A stretch of DNA of 64,000 nt from the human T2T-CHM13v2.0 reference genome, Homo sapiens (GCF_009914755.1 NC_060930.1), one strand, 5' to 3'; counted from the stretch's first letter, positions 1 to 16,091 are shown. The notes: a model not told the origin generated them from the letters alone. Numbers and translations: made by a program.

Positions 1-3000
1 ATGCGGCTGAGTGGGCAGGTGGACCTGGAGAATCCCTAAGGTGATGTGGGAGGATAGGAGAGAGCTTTGCACGTCTGGCCACCAGGAGCAGAGGGGCACA
101 GCAGAAGCAGTCAAAAAGGGAGTAAAGGAACAATTAACATCAGCAACAGGTGTCAGCAAAGAAGACAAATTACAGACCCTTGCCTGCCCTTGATATCATG
201 ATCCTCGTCATGAATCACTTAGCCCACTATCTGCATTATGGGAGCTACGTGAGAATGTTGTTGCTTCGTGTTATCATCACCATTGTTACGAATAGGCAGG
301 AGCACTCCTCAGCCACTGCTGGAATCAAGCACTTGACAATTATTGTAGGCTACTGGAAGGAGCAACCTCTGACTCCTTAGAGAGCATCAGTGCACAGCTG
401 GGCCCCCCACACACTCAGACCTGGGAGGCTCAGAGCTCAGAATGAAGTAGAATATAGGATTCTGAGAAGCCTGGAGCCCTGCATCCCTCTGGTGACTCCA
501 CCAGTGTCCAATGTTGAAGGAGCTGAAGTTAGCCTGGAGAGATTCAGAAAAAGGGGAAAGGAAGAGGGTGGTCCTAGGAGGCTTGAGATGCAGAGAGAAA
601 ACTTGGATATTCAGGCATCGCTGAACCCCTAGATGCAGATCTGGGTAAAGTCTGATGTGGCCTGGACAAGGCTACTAACCAGGGTCTTAATTGTTCCTTC
701 TCTTTTGCTCTTCTTTAGCCCACAAGTGATCTTGGATGCTTTCCATGGCTCCTTCCTCTTCCACTAATCCTCCCTTGGAGCTGCGACGACTCCAAGTACA
801 GGATTCTTTGATTGGCTCAATGAGTCTCATTTTTTTTGGCTTTTGTCTTTTAATTCCTACTTATTAATCTGTAGGATTTGAACTGTTTTTTATTATTAAC
901 ATATACATGTTTATAAATTAAAATGTGTGGAGATTCATACTCCTTCCAATAACAGATTGGAAGCTCTTATGAGACAGGGAATTTGCCTTCTACAGGAGGT
1001 ATTCTATTTTAAGCTATGCAAACAGGAGTATTTTAAAATGTTAACTGACATCTATGCTTCTCAATTCTGATAGGGGGAATGGTTGAGTGTCTGTCCTCAG
1101 CGTCATAGGTGAAAATATTAAACAGCACTAGATGTTCCAAACTTGTTTGTTTTTCTTTCCCAAGAGGACTGCCTTGCATCTCCCTAACCAGTTTCACCTG
1201 GTGGCTCACCAAACCATAACCTTATTCAATAAATTTGCCAGGAAAATGATGTCACAGAAGCTGAACTTAATAACCTTTAGAACAAACCAGGATTTCTGGC
1301 TTCACTGGTTGGCTCAAAGTATCTGGAGTACTTGTTCATGTTTTCTTGACTTTATTCTACATTTAATTTTATTTAAAACTTAGTATTGACTGGCAAATTA
1401 ATGAGGTTTAATGAGATAACATATGTAAAATATCTCATACTTTACGCAGCTTTGACACCAGGCAAGCTCTCTCAATATGAGCTCTTCTTATTACCTGATC
1501 TTTGGAGAAGTTCTCTTATTTTACATCCTCTGATGGAATTATGTACCACATTATGTGAGAAAGTAATGTCAAAGTTGTTGAACATGCGTGCCGTGTTTAA
1601 CATTTTTAAGGTATCCTCCCTCTCTTATTTTCCCTGCATTTTCTACTATCTAAAATGGTCTCAAATATTAACACAGTAAGAACTACATGAAAAGAAACTG
1701 CATTCTCTGTGCATTTCATGGCCTCTTTACCCAGAAAGGGCTGGCCTAGTTTCTTATTTCCACAGGGACATTTTGCACAGCCCACATTCAGCTTGACTGT
1801 TAGCAGCCGTGGCATGTGATTTTTTTTTTCAGCCAAATCTAGACATCCACACAACCCTAAAACTTGGTGAGAAAGCTGACGCGCCTCTTGGGAAATGGAT
1901 TTGTAAGAAAATTACCATTCATTTAGGCAAACTGACTACTCTGAGTTAGATCTCTGAGGATACGATGATGAGATTCATGTCTGGAAAATGAGTGGGGGAG
2001 AGTTTCCTGTCTTAAACTTGCTTATCCTCAAGACAAGAAGGTAGTGTTACCTTTTGCTATCAGGGAGCTTTAAATGAGGACGAGCAATGACAATGTCAGT
2101 CCGGTTCAGTAGTTCTCAAATTTTCATCTGTGTCAAAGTCACTTGGGAAGTTTGAAAAACGACAGAATCAGGGCCCTTTCCCTTTCTCCTCCTCCCCCAA
2201 CAAGAATATGCCTTAAAACTAGTGCACTGACTCATTGGCAGGTGGTCCACAGACCAAAATCGAAGACACACTGGGTTCCTTCACAGCCTTTCATTTAATG
2301 AGAATTTACTTTCATTTAATGAGAATCTACTGAGTGCAAAGGATTGAATTGGCCATTATGAACAAAAACTAATGCATACAGTGTATTAGAAAGAGAATAC
2401 AGAACAATTGAATGCTGATGGCATAACACCATTTGGCATTTGCACGGGGCTTCCCAGTTTTCAAAGCATATTCACGTCCATTGCTTCCTCTTTCCATCAA
2501 CTATGTGGGAGGGGCAAGGAAGAGATTGGCATTTCCAACTCACAAAAAAGAGAACTTGAATAATTTCCCAAAGTTTCTATGGCTATTGGATGACAGACAT
2601 GGATCATATCCAGGATTTTTGACTGCTGGGGCTGGAGGTCAACTTATCAAACTTTAATGAGAGGTACATTATACTAAGATACAGGCACAAAGCTGTACTT
2701 ACATGAATGTTCACTGCTGTGTTTATCACAGGGAAAAAGTGGAAACACTCTAAATGCTCATCAACAGTGGCCTGGTTAAAAAAAAAAAACTATCATTCAT
2801 CCATACAAGGCAATATTCTGCAGTCGTTCAAAAGGATAAGGCAGATCTTTATTAACACAGAAAAATGTTCATGATGCATTGTAAAGCTAAGAAGTCACTG
2901 AAATCTATGTAGAGAATGGTCCATTTATGAGAAAAAAAGTTTATGCATGAATTTAAAACTCTGGAAGTTCACTTCGTTCTACACATCTAGAGGGAAAGAG

Positions 3001-3417
3001 GGACAGAGACAGAGATAGAGAGAAAGAGAGATGCAGCTTACTGCTATTTTGCCTGGTGCCCTGGGGAACAGGTGCTGTTGGGCCGACAGTGATCAATACA
3101 ACCTTCCCTGGACCCTAAATGGAATAGAGCACTCAGGAGATAATTTCTCTAAATTAAGTGGTATGTGAATTTGGAAAGTATCTGGCAGAGAAAAAGAAAA
3201 AAAAATAACCGTATTGGGGGTGATGGCCATTGGTTGGGGGCTTCTCTCCTGAGTATCACAACTCCATTCTTAATTATAATTATAATACTTACCATTCCAT
3301 TTTATACAACATAACACTGTAGCATTAATGTATGTATTCAACAGTAATATAATGAAGGTATTAGTTTATGAACCAAGTTTTACTTTTAAAACATATTTTT
3401 TTAAAAAATAATTTTTA

Positions 3418-3850
<433 letters not shown>

Positions 3851-4569
3851 TTAAAGCTCATAACTACAGAACACCATAAATATGATATTTTATTATTATT
3901 CTTTGAATTCTTTTTCAGAATTGAGTAATGTATAGCTTCAATATAATTCAACTTTCAACTACTCATTGTGTGCCTCTCCTGGGCAGGTCCTGGAACACAA
4001 AGATGACAGGGCAAGGTCCCTGCTTTAGAGAAGCGGACAGTCTTATTCTTTATTTTCAAACTGCAATAAATTCAGTTCAAAATAAAACAAGCATGGATGC
4101 ATTTCTCAAATAATGGGTTTTCATTTGCAAAAAGGCTCTTAGATGAAGAGACCTGTGTCTAGTGGCTGACTTAGGTTTTAAAAAATTAAATGCATTTTGT
4201 GCTCATCAGTATCCCAGAACATTTTTCTGGTGGAAACAGACAATTATTTAAATTCTTCACTCTGTCAATGAAGACAAAAATCTAAATGAAAAAAAAATTT
4301 AATTCCCATAAGAGTGGTTTGTAACATTTCTAGGTCATAGTCCCTCCCTTAAGAATCTGATGAAAGTGAGGAACTGTCTTCTGAACGCACATTCCATGAG
4401 ATGTTACAACTTCAGAAGCTCAAGGACTACTGAGCCCATCTATGGACACCAATTAATCAACCCTGCTATAGAAGCTTGTTCTTTTAAAATGCAAATCTAG
4501 CAATGTTTATTTAGAGAATATTTTTAGAGCACCCATCCTATGCAAGAGCTCTGTTAGATGTGCAGTAGC

Positions 4570-4790
4570 AATCTGTGTTTTAACAAGCCCTCCTGGCGAT
4601 TCTGATGCACGCTTGTTAGAGACTCACTGGCTTAAGCCAAAATACACCATATTCAGGCCTTGCTCCCAGAAGTTCTTATTTAAAGTTCTGATTTATTTGG
4701 TCTGATGTGGAGCCCAATCCTCGGTGTTTTAAAAACCTCTCCAGGAACTTCTTACATGCAAGCATTGTTGAGACCCTTTGGTTTAAACAC
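4570..4790. mobile_element. MER5-like hAT DNA transposon fragments
   Basis: CTGTGTTTTAACAAGCCCTCCTGGCGATTCTGATGC resembles MER5A consensus. Confidence 0.55.
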
Positions 4791-5404
4791 TGGGGATGTG
4801 CTTTCTGGTTTCTGATGAACACTTATAGCCCCCAAAAGAAAAAAGTCTGTGGCCCACACCTATATATCAATATCTATGGCTCCCAGCATGCGTGGTAGCA
4901 CAATGTGTTTAGTATGAGAGGCAGCAGCACTTCAATCATATGGCAATTAGGAGGCTGTGTTCTAATATCCCCTTCACCCCCTAGTTAATTTACTCTTCAA
5001 GAGCAGTAGCCTCAAATCCTGCTTTCTAGTTAACTAATGAACATTCATTTCTTTTAGAGCTTTTTTTTTCAAATGGGAAAGGTAAGTACAATCTTTGAGT
5101 TCTCTATATGAAACTGGAAGATAATAAATCCATTCTTTGGGTGAAGACTTTTAACTTACAATTGCTGTCCTTAGCAGCAAATAGATCAATTTTTGTTACT
5201 GATCAGCTGCTCTGCTAACAGTTTCTGTGAGACACATCTATTTCACAACTAATGGAAAAATCTTGGCTTTGAAGAGTATCTAGGCTTTCAATTCACACGA
5301 GAAACAATTTTTGCAAGTCATTGCCCCTTGGAATATTTGTATGGAGTCACTGAAGTCAGCTGAAATAGACATTGCCTTATTCGATGGAGCGGTCTTTATT
5401 AAAT

Positions 5405-5531
5405 GAATATATATATATTGCATCTATATTATACACATTATACACATTCATCAAATATATATTATATATGTTCATCAAATACATATTATATACATTCATC
5501 AAATTTATATTATATATTATATATATTCATC
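5405..5531. repeat. AT-rich degenerate minisatellite (~23-bp unit ATATATTATATACATTCATCAAAT)
   Basis: About four imperfect copies of TTCATCA(AAT) with ATAT spacers. Confidence 0.7.
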
Positions 5532-5559
5532 ATCTTTGAAGCTTGAAGGACTACTTTAT

Positions 5560-6650
5560 TTTTTTATTTTCCTTTAAGTTTCAGGATACATGTGCAGAAC
5601 GTGCAGGTTTGTTACACAGGTATACATGTGCCATGGTGGTTTGCTGCACCTATCAACCCATCATCTAGGCTTTAAGCCCTGCATGCATTAGGTATTTGTC
5701 CTAATGCTCTCCCTCCCCTTGCCCCCAACCTCTGACAGGCCCGGTGTGTGTTGTTCCCCTCCCGGTGTCCATGTGTTCTCATTGTTCAACTCCCACTTAT
5801 GAGTGAGAACAGGGGGTGTTTGGTTTTCTGTTCCTGTGGTAGTTTGCTAAGGATGATGGCTTCCAGCTCCATCCATGTCCCTGCAAAGGATATGATCCCA
5901 TTCCTTTTTATGGCTGCGTAGTATTCCATGGTGTATATGTACCACATTTTCTTTATCCAGTCTATCATTGATGGGCATTTGGGTTGGTTCCATGTCTTTG
6001 CTGTTGTAAATAGTGCTGCAATAAACATACTCATGCATGTGTATTTACAGTAGAATGATTTATATTCCTTTGGGTATATACCCAATAATGGGATTGCTGG
6101 GTCAAATGGTATTTCTGGATCTAGATCCTTGAGGAATCGCCGCATTGTCTTCCACAATGGTTGAACATTACATTTCCACCAACAGTGTAAAAACGTTTCT
6201 ATTTCTCCACAGCCTCGCCGGTATCTATTATTTCTTGACTTTTTAATAATGGCCACTATGATTGGCGTGAGATGGTATCTTATTGTGGTTTTGATTTGCA
6301 TTTCTCTAATACTCAGTGATGTTGAGCTTTTTATCATATGTTTGTTGGCCGCCTAAATGTCTTCTTTTTAGAAGCGTCTGTTCATCTGTTCATATCTTTG
6401 CCCAATTTTTGATGGGGTTGCTTGTTTCTTGTAAATTTATTTAAGTTCCTTATAGATTTTGGATATTAGACCTTTGTCAGATGCATAGTTAGCAAAAATT
6501 TTCTTCCATTCTATAGGTTGCCTGCTCACTCTGATGATAGTTTCTTTTGCTGTGCAGAAGCTCAGTTTAATTAGATCCCATTTGTCAATTTTGGCTTTTG
6601 TTGCAATTGTTTTTGGTGTTTTTGTCATGAAATCTTTACTAATGCCTATG
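5560..6650 (-). mobile_element. 5'-truncated L1PA (ORF2 3' end + 3' UTR) with 16-bp TSD
   Basis: ORFs 5786..6337 and 6437..6745 match L1 ORF2 C-terminus (KTWNQPKCPSMIDWIKKMWYIYTMEYYAAIK); TSD TGAAGGACTACTTTAT at 5544-5559 and 6651-6666. Confidence 0.95.
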
Positions 6651-7583
6651 TGAAGGACTACTTTATAAGTTCCTATGAAGATGTTAGAAATTCTTTGGCA
6701 ACACAAGTTCGTTGACTTGTTCAGGTTCACATGTAGTTGACACAATTATACAGTTTAGCATTACATCTATACACCAATTTCACCTCCTTATGTTGCAAAT
6801 TTGATTCATGAATGATAATATAAACTTTCAACTTTATCATGTTGGATTATAGAGGTGCATGTTATAGAAAAAAATAGAAAATAGAAAGTAAGAAAGTGAC
6901 AAGTTTAGGGGAAAAGGAAAGCTTAAGCAAAAAGAATAAAGTAATTTTGTTTTGGTTTTTAAATTTTCTTATACTCCATTTTGCAGATGAATAATAAAGT
7001 AATTTTGACCTAGATACCTTGTTTTCTCACCACATCCATGTCCTCTGGATGCTTATACCTTGTGCTGACATGGAAATGCCAGACTTTTAAGAAAGAGATG
7101 AGGTTGCTGATGTTAGGAATATTGTTTTCTCCATCCATAAATAAATGTTGATTTGTTACATTAAGGTACATTTTCAGAAAATTAGAATTTTAAATCCATA
7201 CAATATTAATCCTGTCAGGGATCAAAGTTCTTGATACAGATAAAAAGAGAGATGCCTAAATACAGCAATTATTATATTAAATGCCAGTGTCATTTATTTG
7301 CATACTGTTTGTGCTGTTCTGGGAATTCAAATGCTGAAATAATTTTTAAAGTTTAACAGTATTTTTTAATAGTAGTCAAAAGTGAAATAATCTACATATT
7401 TATTATTCAGATGAATTTATGATATAATCACTTGACAGAATACTAGTATCTCTTTAGAAACATTTTTAAAAGAATTTTTAATAACATAGAAATGTTCATA
7501 AAATAATTATAAGAGAAAAAAGCAAGATATAAAAGAATCTCCAATGAAGAAAATATGTAAATACACAAAATATTAGAAAGTAA

Positions 7584-7989
<406 letters not shown>

Positions 7990-9079
7990 ATTATCCACTT
8001 TTTAATAAGAAGAAAATGTTAGTTTGGTCTATCAGCAAGAAGAAAAAGAAAAATTATAAGGGACCTGACAAATCATCCAATAAATAGCTAAGAGTTGACT
8101 AATTGAAATAATAAATGTCCCCCATCAATCTCATTAGAGATATTTATGTTTGGACGCAAAACTTTTGTGAAAGTATATTTGTTTATAGAAAAACACAGGT
8201 TCTTAATACCTTCCTTGGAAGTTTTTTCTTATAACATATTAGTTTGTTTATATTCATTGTTTTTGTGCTGAAAGTAGAGTACAAAATGCTTGTATAAATT
8301 GTGTTCTCAATAAATATATCTTGAATGAATGAATGAGTTTACCAACCAGCAAGTATGTCTAGGAGTACTTGTTGTATAAATATTTTAATCATAGTTTTCT
8401 CTAAGCCTTCTCTAGGAAGATTAGTTTTAATATGTTATAAACATAGCAATATGAATCCAACTAATACTAAAACTACAGGTGTTTTAATACAGGTGTGACA
8501 TACTTTTTTTCTGTCAGTAGAAAAGAGAGTATCAGACCTTGAACTTGCATCCAATTGTCTGAAAGCACCAAAAACAGAAGCCCCTCCCCAAAGCACAAAC
8601 TTTCCCTGATGTTTACTTGTAGGAGAGTTTGGCAGCCAAGTTCCTGGATGTTACAAATTAAATACTGCTCATAGCCCTGCTTCCAACTGCCTTGTTGGCA
8701 AAAATTTTGAAACTCTAGAAGGACCATGCTCAGAAGCTAGACCTAGGGGGAATGGTAAGCAATGGAAACTCCTAAATCCAAGAGAGGAACAGTGACTGCA
8801 TTCACCCACTTAAGAAATCACTTATCTTTAACAATAGTTGTTTTTGTACTTTGGGGGGTTTGTGGCTATTCCCTAAGATCCTTTTTCCACTGACTTTTAC
8901 AAGCAATTTAGGGCCTCTTTTTCAACAGATGTAAGTAAATCAGCCTATGATATTTCAACATAAACTATGTCAAAACGTTTCACATTACTCTTTAATTGTT
9001 TATTTATTTTTCCCATGCTTTGAAATTATAAAAAATTTGAGGGTGATTTTAGGCTACACATAAAATGTGATAGTCAATT

Positions 9080-9340
9080 TGTTAGAGAATATAAAATTAC
9101 AGCTAGATAGGAGGAATAAGTTATAGGGTTCTACATCACTTTAGGAAGACTACAATTAACAATAATATATAGTTTTAAATAGCTAGAAGGAGAATATTGA
9201 ACATTCCCACACGAAGAAACGATAGATGTTTGAGATGATGGATATGCTAATTACCCTGATCTGATCACTATATATTATATGTATCTAAATATCACTATAT
9301 GCTTGTAAATATGTACAATTATTATTTGTCAGTTAAAATA
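9080..9340 (+). mobile_element. L1MA-type 3' end fragment
   Basis: AAAATTACAGCTAGATAGGAGGAATAAG...GATGGATATGCTAATTACCCTGAT typical of L1MA 3' UTR. Confidence 0.7.
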
Positions 9341-9912
9341 ATCAGAACCAGAAAAATTAAACTGTACACACACACACACAAAACCAATCTGACAAACACT
9401 CAAGTAATACAGTCTGACATAATTGGCTACAGGTAGGAAATAAATTTTGCTTTGAGTTTCCTGGAAAACATAGTTCAAAAGAAAAGTCAGTTACATAGTC
9501 TTCATTGTATAAAAGAAAAAAACTTGAGTTTCTCAGGCCAAGAAAAAATTTCATAGCACTAAGTTCTGAAAGAAATTACTCAGTATACTTGTGTAGGGAT
9601 TTTTTAATGACATGGTACACAATGACCTCAATATCCACACAGCATACATAGATATTGATTTTTTAAAGCTGCTTCTTGTGTTCTTCCAAACAGGTCAATT
9701 TCATGATACTAAAAAACAGCCCAGAGACATCAGTCTGCATTGAATTAAAATAGTGCTCAAGGTTGTCACATTCTTAGAATGAACTCTGAATAAAACCTAC
9801 ATTAAAAATCAGAATGCATGGATTGCTTCACCTTTGATTATTCACCTGTTAATAGATGCAGATATGAAGTATCACTGATCGAAGGAGGTTCCAGTCAAAT
9901 ACGTGAAGATGA

Positions 9913-10381
<469 letters not shown>

Positions 10382-10758
10382 CATATTTTTCAATAAAATC
10401 AAGGGATATGCCAGTTCATCCTGAGAAGTAATTCTACCTTGACTGAAAAAAGGACCTGCACAGAAAATTAAGTTTTGTTTAAATACCAATCTTGGTACTA
10501 CTTGTAGACCAAATTGCTTTTCAAATCCACTTTTTAAAGTGTCAGCTTGTAACATTTGATGTTTGTATGGTGTAAACCTGCAACTAAATGGGACAAAATA
10601 TTTCAAAATTATCCAGTAAAATGATAATATTTGGACTAAAAAATTACTCTGCTCAAACTTAGCTTCCTGTTAAAATCAGCTTTGGGCAAGTTAACCAGCC
10701 TCTTTGAACTTATTTCCACTTTGAAAAACAGAAATGTATAATCAAAAGTCAAATGGCA

Positions 10759-11063
10759 GCCGGCGCAGTGGCTCATGCCTGTGATCTCTTTGAGAGATTT
10801 GGGAGGCGGAGGTGAGTGGATCACCTGAGTCCAGGAGTTTGAGACCAGCCTGGGAAACATGGCAAACCCTTGTCTCTACAAAAAAAATATAAAAAATTAG
10901 CTTGGCACAGTGGTGGGCACCTGTGATCCCAGCTACTTGGGGGACTGAGGCGGAAAAATCGCTTGTACTCGGGAGGTGGAGGTTGCAGTGAGCCCAGATC
11001 GTGCCACTGCCACTCCAGCCTGGGTGACAGAGTGAGACCCTGTCTCAAAGAAAAAAAAAAAAA
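10759..11063 (+). mobile_element. Alu
   Basis: GCCGGCGCAGTGGCTCATGCCTGT...GAGACCCTGTCTC + polyA; degenerate TSD AAAAGT(C)AAATG. Confidence 0.9.
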
Positions 11064-11235
11064 GTAAATGACATAAATAACATAAAAGTGTGTTTTACTC
11101 TATGAAACACCAGGCAGATGTCGGAGATTATTATTACACCTGTTAAAGTTTTTTAAATGACTGCCAGAACTTTGCTCAGACTAAAGGTTCTGAAAATGAC
11201 TCTCATAATTTCTGCCTGAAGTTTTTTTTTCCCAT

Positions 11236-11735
11236 TGTGATAGTTAATTTTATGTGTCAACCTATCTGGGCTGAGATGCCCAGAGAGCTGGCACAATACT
11301 ATTTCTGGATGTATCTGTAAGGGTGTTTCAGTGAGATCCTAGCATTTGAATCAGTAGACTGAGTAAAGGAGAGAGCCCTCACTTGTGCAGCGGGGCATCG
11401 TCTAATCCACTGAAGGCATGAAGAGAACAGAAAGGCAGAGAAACTGCAACTGTTCTCCCTGCATGAGCTGTGGCATCCATTTTCTCCCGCTGCAGGACGT
11501 TGGCAATCCTGGTTCTCAGACCTTCAGACTTGGACTGGGACTTACACCATTGGCTCCTCTGATTCTCAGGCCTTCAAATTTGCACTGGAACCACACCCAA
11601 CACCACTGGCTTTCCTAGGCTTCCAGCTGGCAGACAGCAGATCATGGGACAGCCTCCATAATCTAGTGACCGAATTCTTCATAATAAATATCTTTCTCTG
11701 TATCTGCATATCTTTTATTGATTCTGTGTCTCTGG
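11236..11735 (+). mobile_element. MLT2-family LTR (ERVL)
   Basis: TGTGATAGTTAATTTTATGTGTCAAC start; TTTGAATCAGTAGACTGAGTAA and GCTGGCAGACAGCAGATCATGGGAC motifs. Confidence 0.8.
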
Positions 11736-11976
11736 CTTTCTCTGCCAAATGTACTCATTCAGTTTAACATGTAGTTGTTTGAGCACCCACAAAATGCTTT
11801 CAGAGAGACAAAAGAAATGAAAACATGGCTCCTTCACACAGAAGGGATTTGGAGGCAACCTCTAGAACTACATTCTAGTAAATGACAATGTTATTAAATG
11901 ATGCAGTGAGCATTCCTGGCAATAATAATAGTTCTGCAAGTTGAGAGCTGTAAGAGTTGAGACCTTCATGGGCTGA

Positions 11977-12341
<365 letters not shown>

Positions 12342-12356
12342 GCACAGAGCGATTCT

Positions 12357-12666
12357 TTTTCTTTTTTCTTTTTTCTTTTTTTTAAAGAGGGAGTCTCACT
12401 CTGTTACCCAGGCTGGAATACAGTGACGCAACCTCGGGTCACTGCAACCTCTCCCTCCTGGGTTCAAGTGATTCTCCTGCCTCAGTCTCCCAAGTAGTTG
12501 GGATTACAGGCACCCACCACCATGCCTGGCTAATTTCTGTATTTTTAGTAGAGACGAGGCTTCACCATGTTGGCCAAGCTAGTCTAGAACTCCTGACCTC
12601 AGGTGATCTGCCCGCCTCAGCCTCCCAAAGTGCTGGGATTACAGGCGTGAGCCACCGCACCCGGCC
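12357..12666 (-). mobile_element. AluS-like element
   Basis: Full dimer ending GAGCCACCGCACCCGGCC. Confidence 0.92.
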
Positions 12667-13338
12667 CCATAGAGTGTTTCTTCTCCTCTTCTAATCAGGT
12701 CCTCTGTGATCTTGTCAGATAGCTTTCATTAAGTACTTAACAACTGGTAAAATGTCCAATGAAATATTTTTTAAAATTTCCCCAGGATTGAGATCTGCAT
12801 TTTAGTTTCTATGTGAGATTAAATTTTATTGCCTGAGTTCAGATCTTAAAAGATTTAATAAAGTTTGAGTCATTTTAATATCACACAGGAAGGGGAAACA
12901 ATTTTTTTTCTTTCTGTACACTGGGAGCACTACGTATGATGGTTAGGCGTCAAGATAGATCAAGGTACTAATCTGACAATGTGTGAAGGAATTGGAAAAC
13001 TCTTCTACTTCTTTAAAATTTCAGAATCTATATATGTACGATTTACTTCAGAAACTAGGATAGACAAGAAATGTGACCAAAATTTGATTCCTGTATGCAT
13101 ACAGATGAGGTGGCCTAAGACACACTAAAATAAGCAGGTCTACTCAGGAGAAAAGTCAACCTGCTAATTTCTCAAGCCAGTTGAGATCAGCCCATCCAAT
13201 CAGAAAATCTCATCCATTCACTCCAAAATGACAGTCAGGGATTATGGTAAGGTTTATTTTTATTTTTATGTTTTAGACTCAAATACCATTTCATGGGTCA
13301 TTTATAAGAGAAATGACAGGATCCTTAATAAAACCTAA

Positions 13339-13652
<314 letters not shown>

Positions 13653-15481
13653 TAGGTCCAACAGAGAATCTTATATGCCCCTTCTTCATGTTATTTGCAT
13701 CTTTCAGATCTTTGTAAAGGTCCAGCCTATTCCGTTCATATCCCCTTGGAGTTTCCCCTGGTACAGTTTCCCTCTCCCTTACCCTTAGTTACACCTTTAG
13801 CTTTGGGATAAACTGGTATCTAAGAGCTTCAGAGGTTGGCTGCTTTAAATTTTAGCAGAATTCCCCAGTATAGTAATAGTGACCATATTTTTGGATTTTC
13901 TTATACGGTTCTGATTCCACTTTTTAAATAATAAAGGTGATTTATTTAAATTTTTTAATTTAAAAATAGAATAACATCAGTATTACAGCTCCTTATATCA
14001 AGTTTGCAAAAATAGAATTTCCTTTATTTCCTAAAATTCATCTTGATTTCTATTTCATAGCCCCTTTCCCACTTGGCAAGAAACACCCTCAATCATTTGC
14101 CATTTCCCTCCATGGCCCCTATCCTGAGTTGGGTCACAGTCTTGCCCAGGGCCAGGTTTCAGTGTGAATGGTGTCCCGTCTGGTTTTCAGTCCATGCAGG
14201 TGGCCATGAAGGTGTCCACAAACCAGAGGAAAAATTCCTGTGGACCCAGTGGTCCTCAGTTGCTGCCAAGCTGTGATTGGGGCAGAAATCGTTCTGATTG
14301 CTCTCCATCCATCTGAAGAAACACACCTCCCTGTCATGCACAACTGGGTTGTAGCAAGATGGAATAGGGAGGAGCAAAGGGGAAAACTGGCTGCCCAGAA
14401 GCCAAGTTCTCTCCCAGAGACCAAACCCCTCTGTTCTGATGGCCTCCATGTTTCTAGGGGTTTTTCCCGGAAGAAATCCCTTTCCTTTTATAAGTTTGGC
14501 CAAAACACTTTATTTAGACCCAAATCCTCTCTTTACTCCAAGACTTTAGGAAAAGAAAGCCAAGAAGTTTTGCAATCTTGTTCAGCTCTCTGCCTTGCCA
14601 CCTCCCTCCACTGAAGCTGGGAGCACAAACCTGGTTCTCTCTTAGGTGAGGAAAGAAGGAAAGAGAAAAATACAAGGAAAAAGGAAAAAATAGATTTACT
14701 GCCTCAAAATATCTACCCCCCTCACCTGTAAATAATTATGTTTTTCCAGTCCTAGTAGTAAAGGTTTATTTGTTTATGTCTAGTAATAAAGCTGGAAAGA
14801 TGGTGAACTCTAGTTCTGATGTTACACGCTACTGGAGAATGATCTCTTCAAATGTTTTCCCAAAATGACCATGCACACTATAGATTATTTTAGGGATCAC
14901 TTAATCTTCCCCTCTTCTCCCTGACAGAACATCAGCCTCTGCGATCCTGCTAATGCACAGGGCCACTCAAACCAGTTATTTACAGTATAAATTGCTTAAT
15001 GCTTATTTATGCATTTCACAATCATCCTTTAATTGTTAACATCAAATGAGGTAGGTAGAAGTTGCATCATGTCCTAACTTTAAGACTTTTTTTACACCTC
15101 CCTTTCTCCAATACGCTTTCAGTTGACATTGAGGAAACAAAACTCTCAACTAACCTGTGCAGAAGCCAAATAATAACAATAATACATTTTATATAAAACC
15201 CATCACAGCATTTATGATAGGCTATTAATAATTAAAAGCAAAATGTGGTGTTAAAAGCTCGTTTGAAAATTCCAAGAAGCACAACTAAATATATAGATCA
15301 TGAGGCAGTGCATATAATCAATACACATAGAGAAACATTTATTCCCATTTGTGTTTATTTTCTGGGCTTGTTTATGATAGAATTATTGGTAGAGAAGAAA
15401 GCTAGCTAAATATATTAGAAGCATAAATAACGCAATATTTACGACAATGTTTAACCTAACTAAGATCATTTAAAATGAGTA

Positions 15482-15783
15482 GGCCGGGTGTGGTGGCTCA
15501 TGCCTGTACATTTTGGGAGGCTGAGGTGGGTGGATCGCTTGAGCCCAGGAGTTTGAGAACAGCCTGGGCAACATGGCGAGACCCCATCTCTAAAAAAATA
15601 CAATAATTAGCTGGGCATGGTGGCACATGCCTGTAGTTCCAGCTACTTGGGAGGCTGAGACAGGAGAATCACCTGAGCCCAGGGAGGTTGAGCCTTCAGT
15701 AAGCTGTAATTGGATCACTGCACTCCCAGCTGGGTGACAGAACGAGACCCTGTCTCAAAAAAAAAAAAAAATAAATAATAATA
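15482..15783 (+). mobile_element. Alu (J-like)
   Basis: GGCCGGGTGTGGTGGCTCATGCCTGTA...polyA; TSD AAAATGAGTA on both sides. Confidence 0.9.
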
Positions 15784-16091
15784 GTAGATAAAATGAGTAG
15801 TGCTTTAGCAGCATCATTTGCTTGCAGTTTATGTGTTAGTTTGATGTATCTATAACTTCAAAAATGTCAGCTCTTTTATTTACTATTTTATTTGAAGGTA
15901 ACACCTACTACTTTAAGGAAGAGCTTTTATTTCTTCCCATTTTATTTACTTATTACTTGCATCACCATGGACTCAGAAATCCTTATTTTACTCTACTTGT
16001 TATAATCAATTACTATCATTATTTATTTTGTGGCTTTGACTGCCCCAGATTTAGCCAGTCTTTTGACTGCTGTATCTTTTACATGATCCTC

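Noticed and set aside
150-380. ORF starting MSAKK, reminiscent of ARG1 MSAKS
   Set aside because: Starts at GTG, similarity ends after four residues, no arginase motifs; coincidence
5786-6337. Longest ORF in the track (183 aa) as a novel gene
   Set aside because: It is L1 ORF2 C-terminal sequence inside a TSD-bounded truncated L1
14073-14614. Four overlapping ORFs on both strands
   Set aside because: No recognisable domain or splice context; explained by locally higher GC and fewer stops
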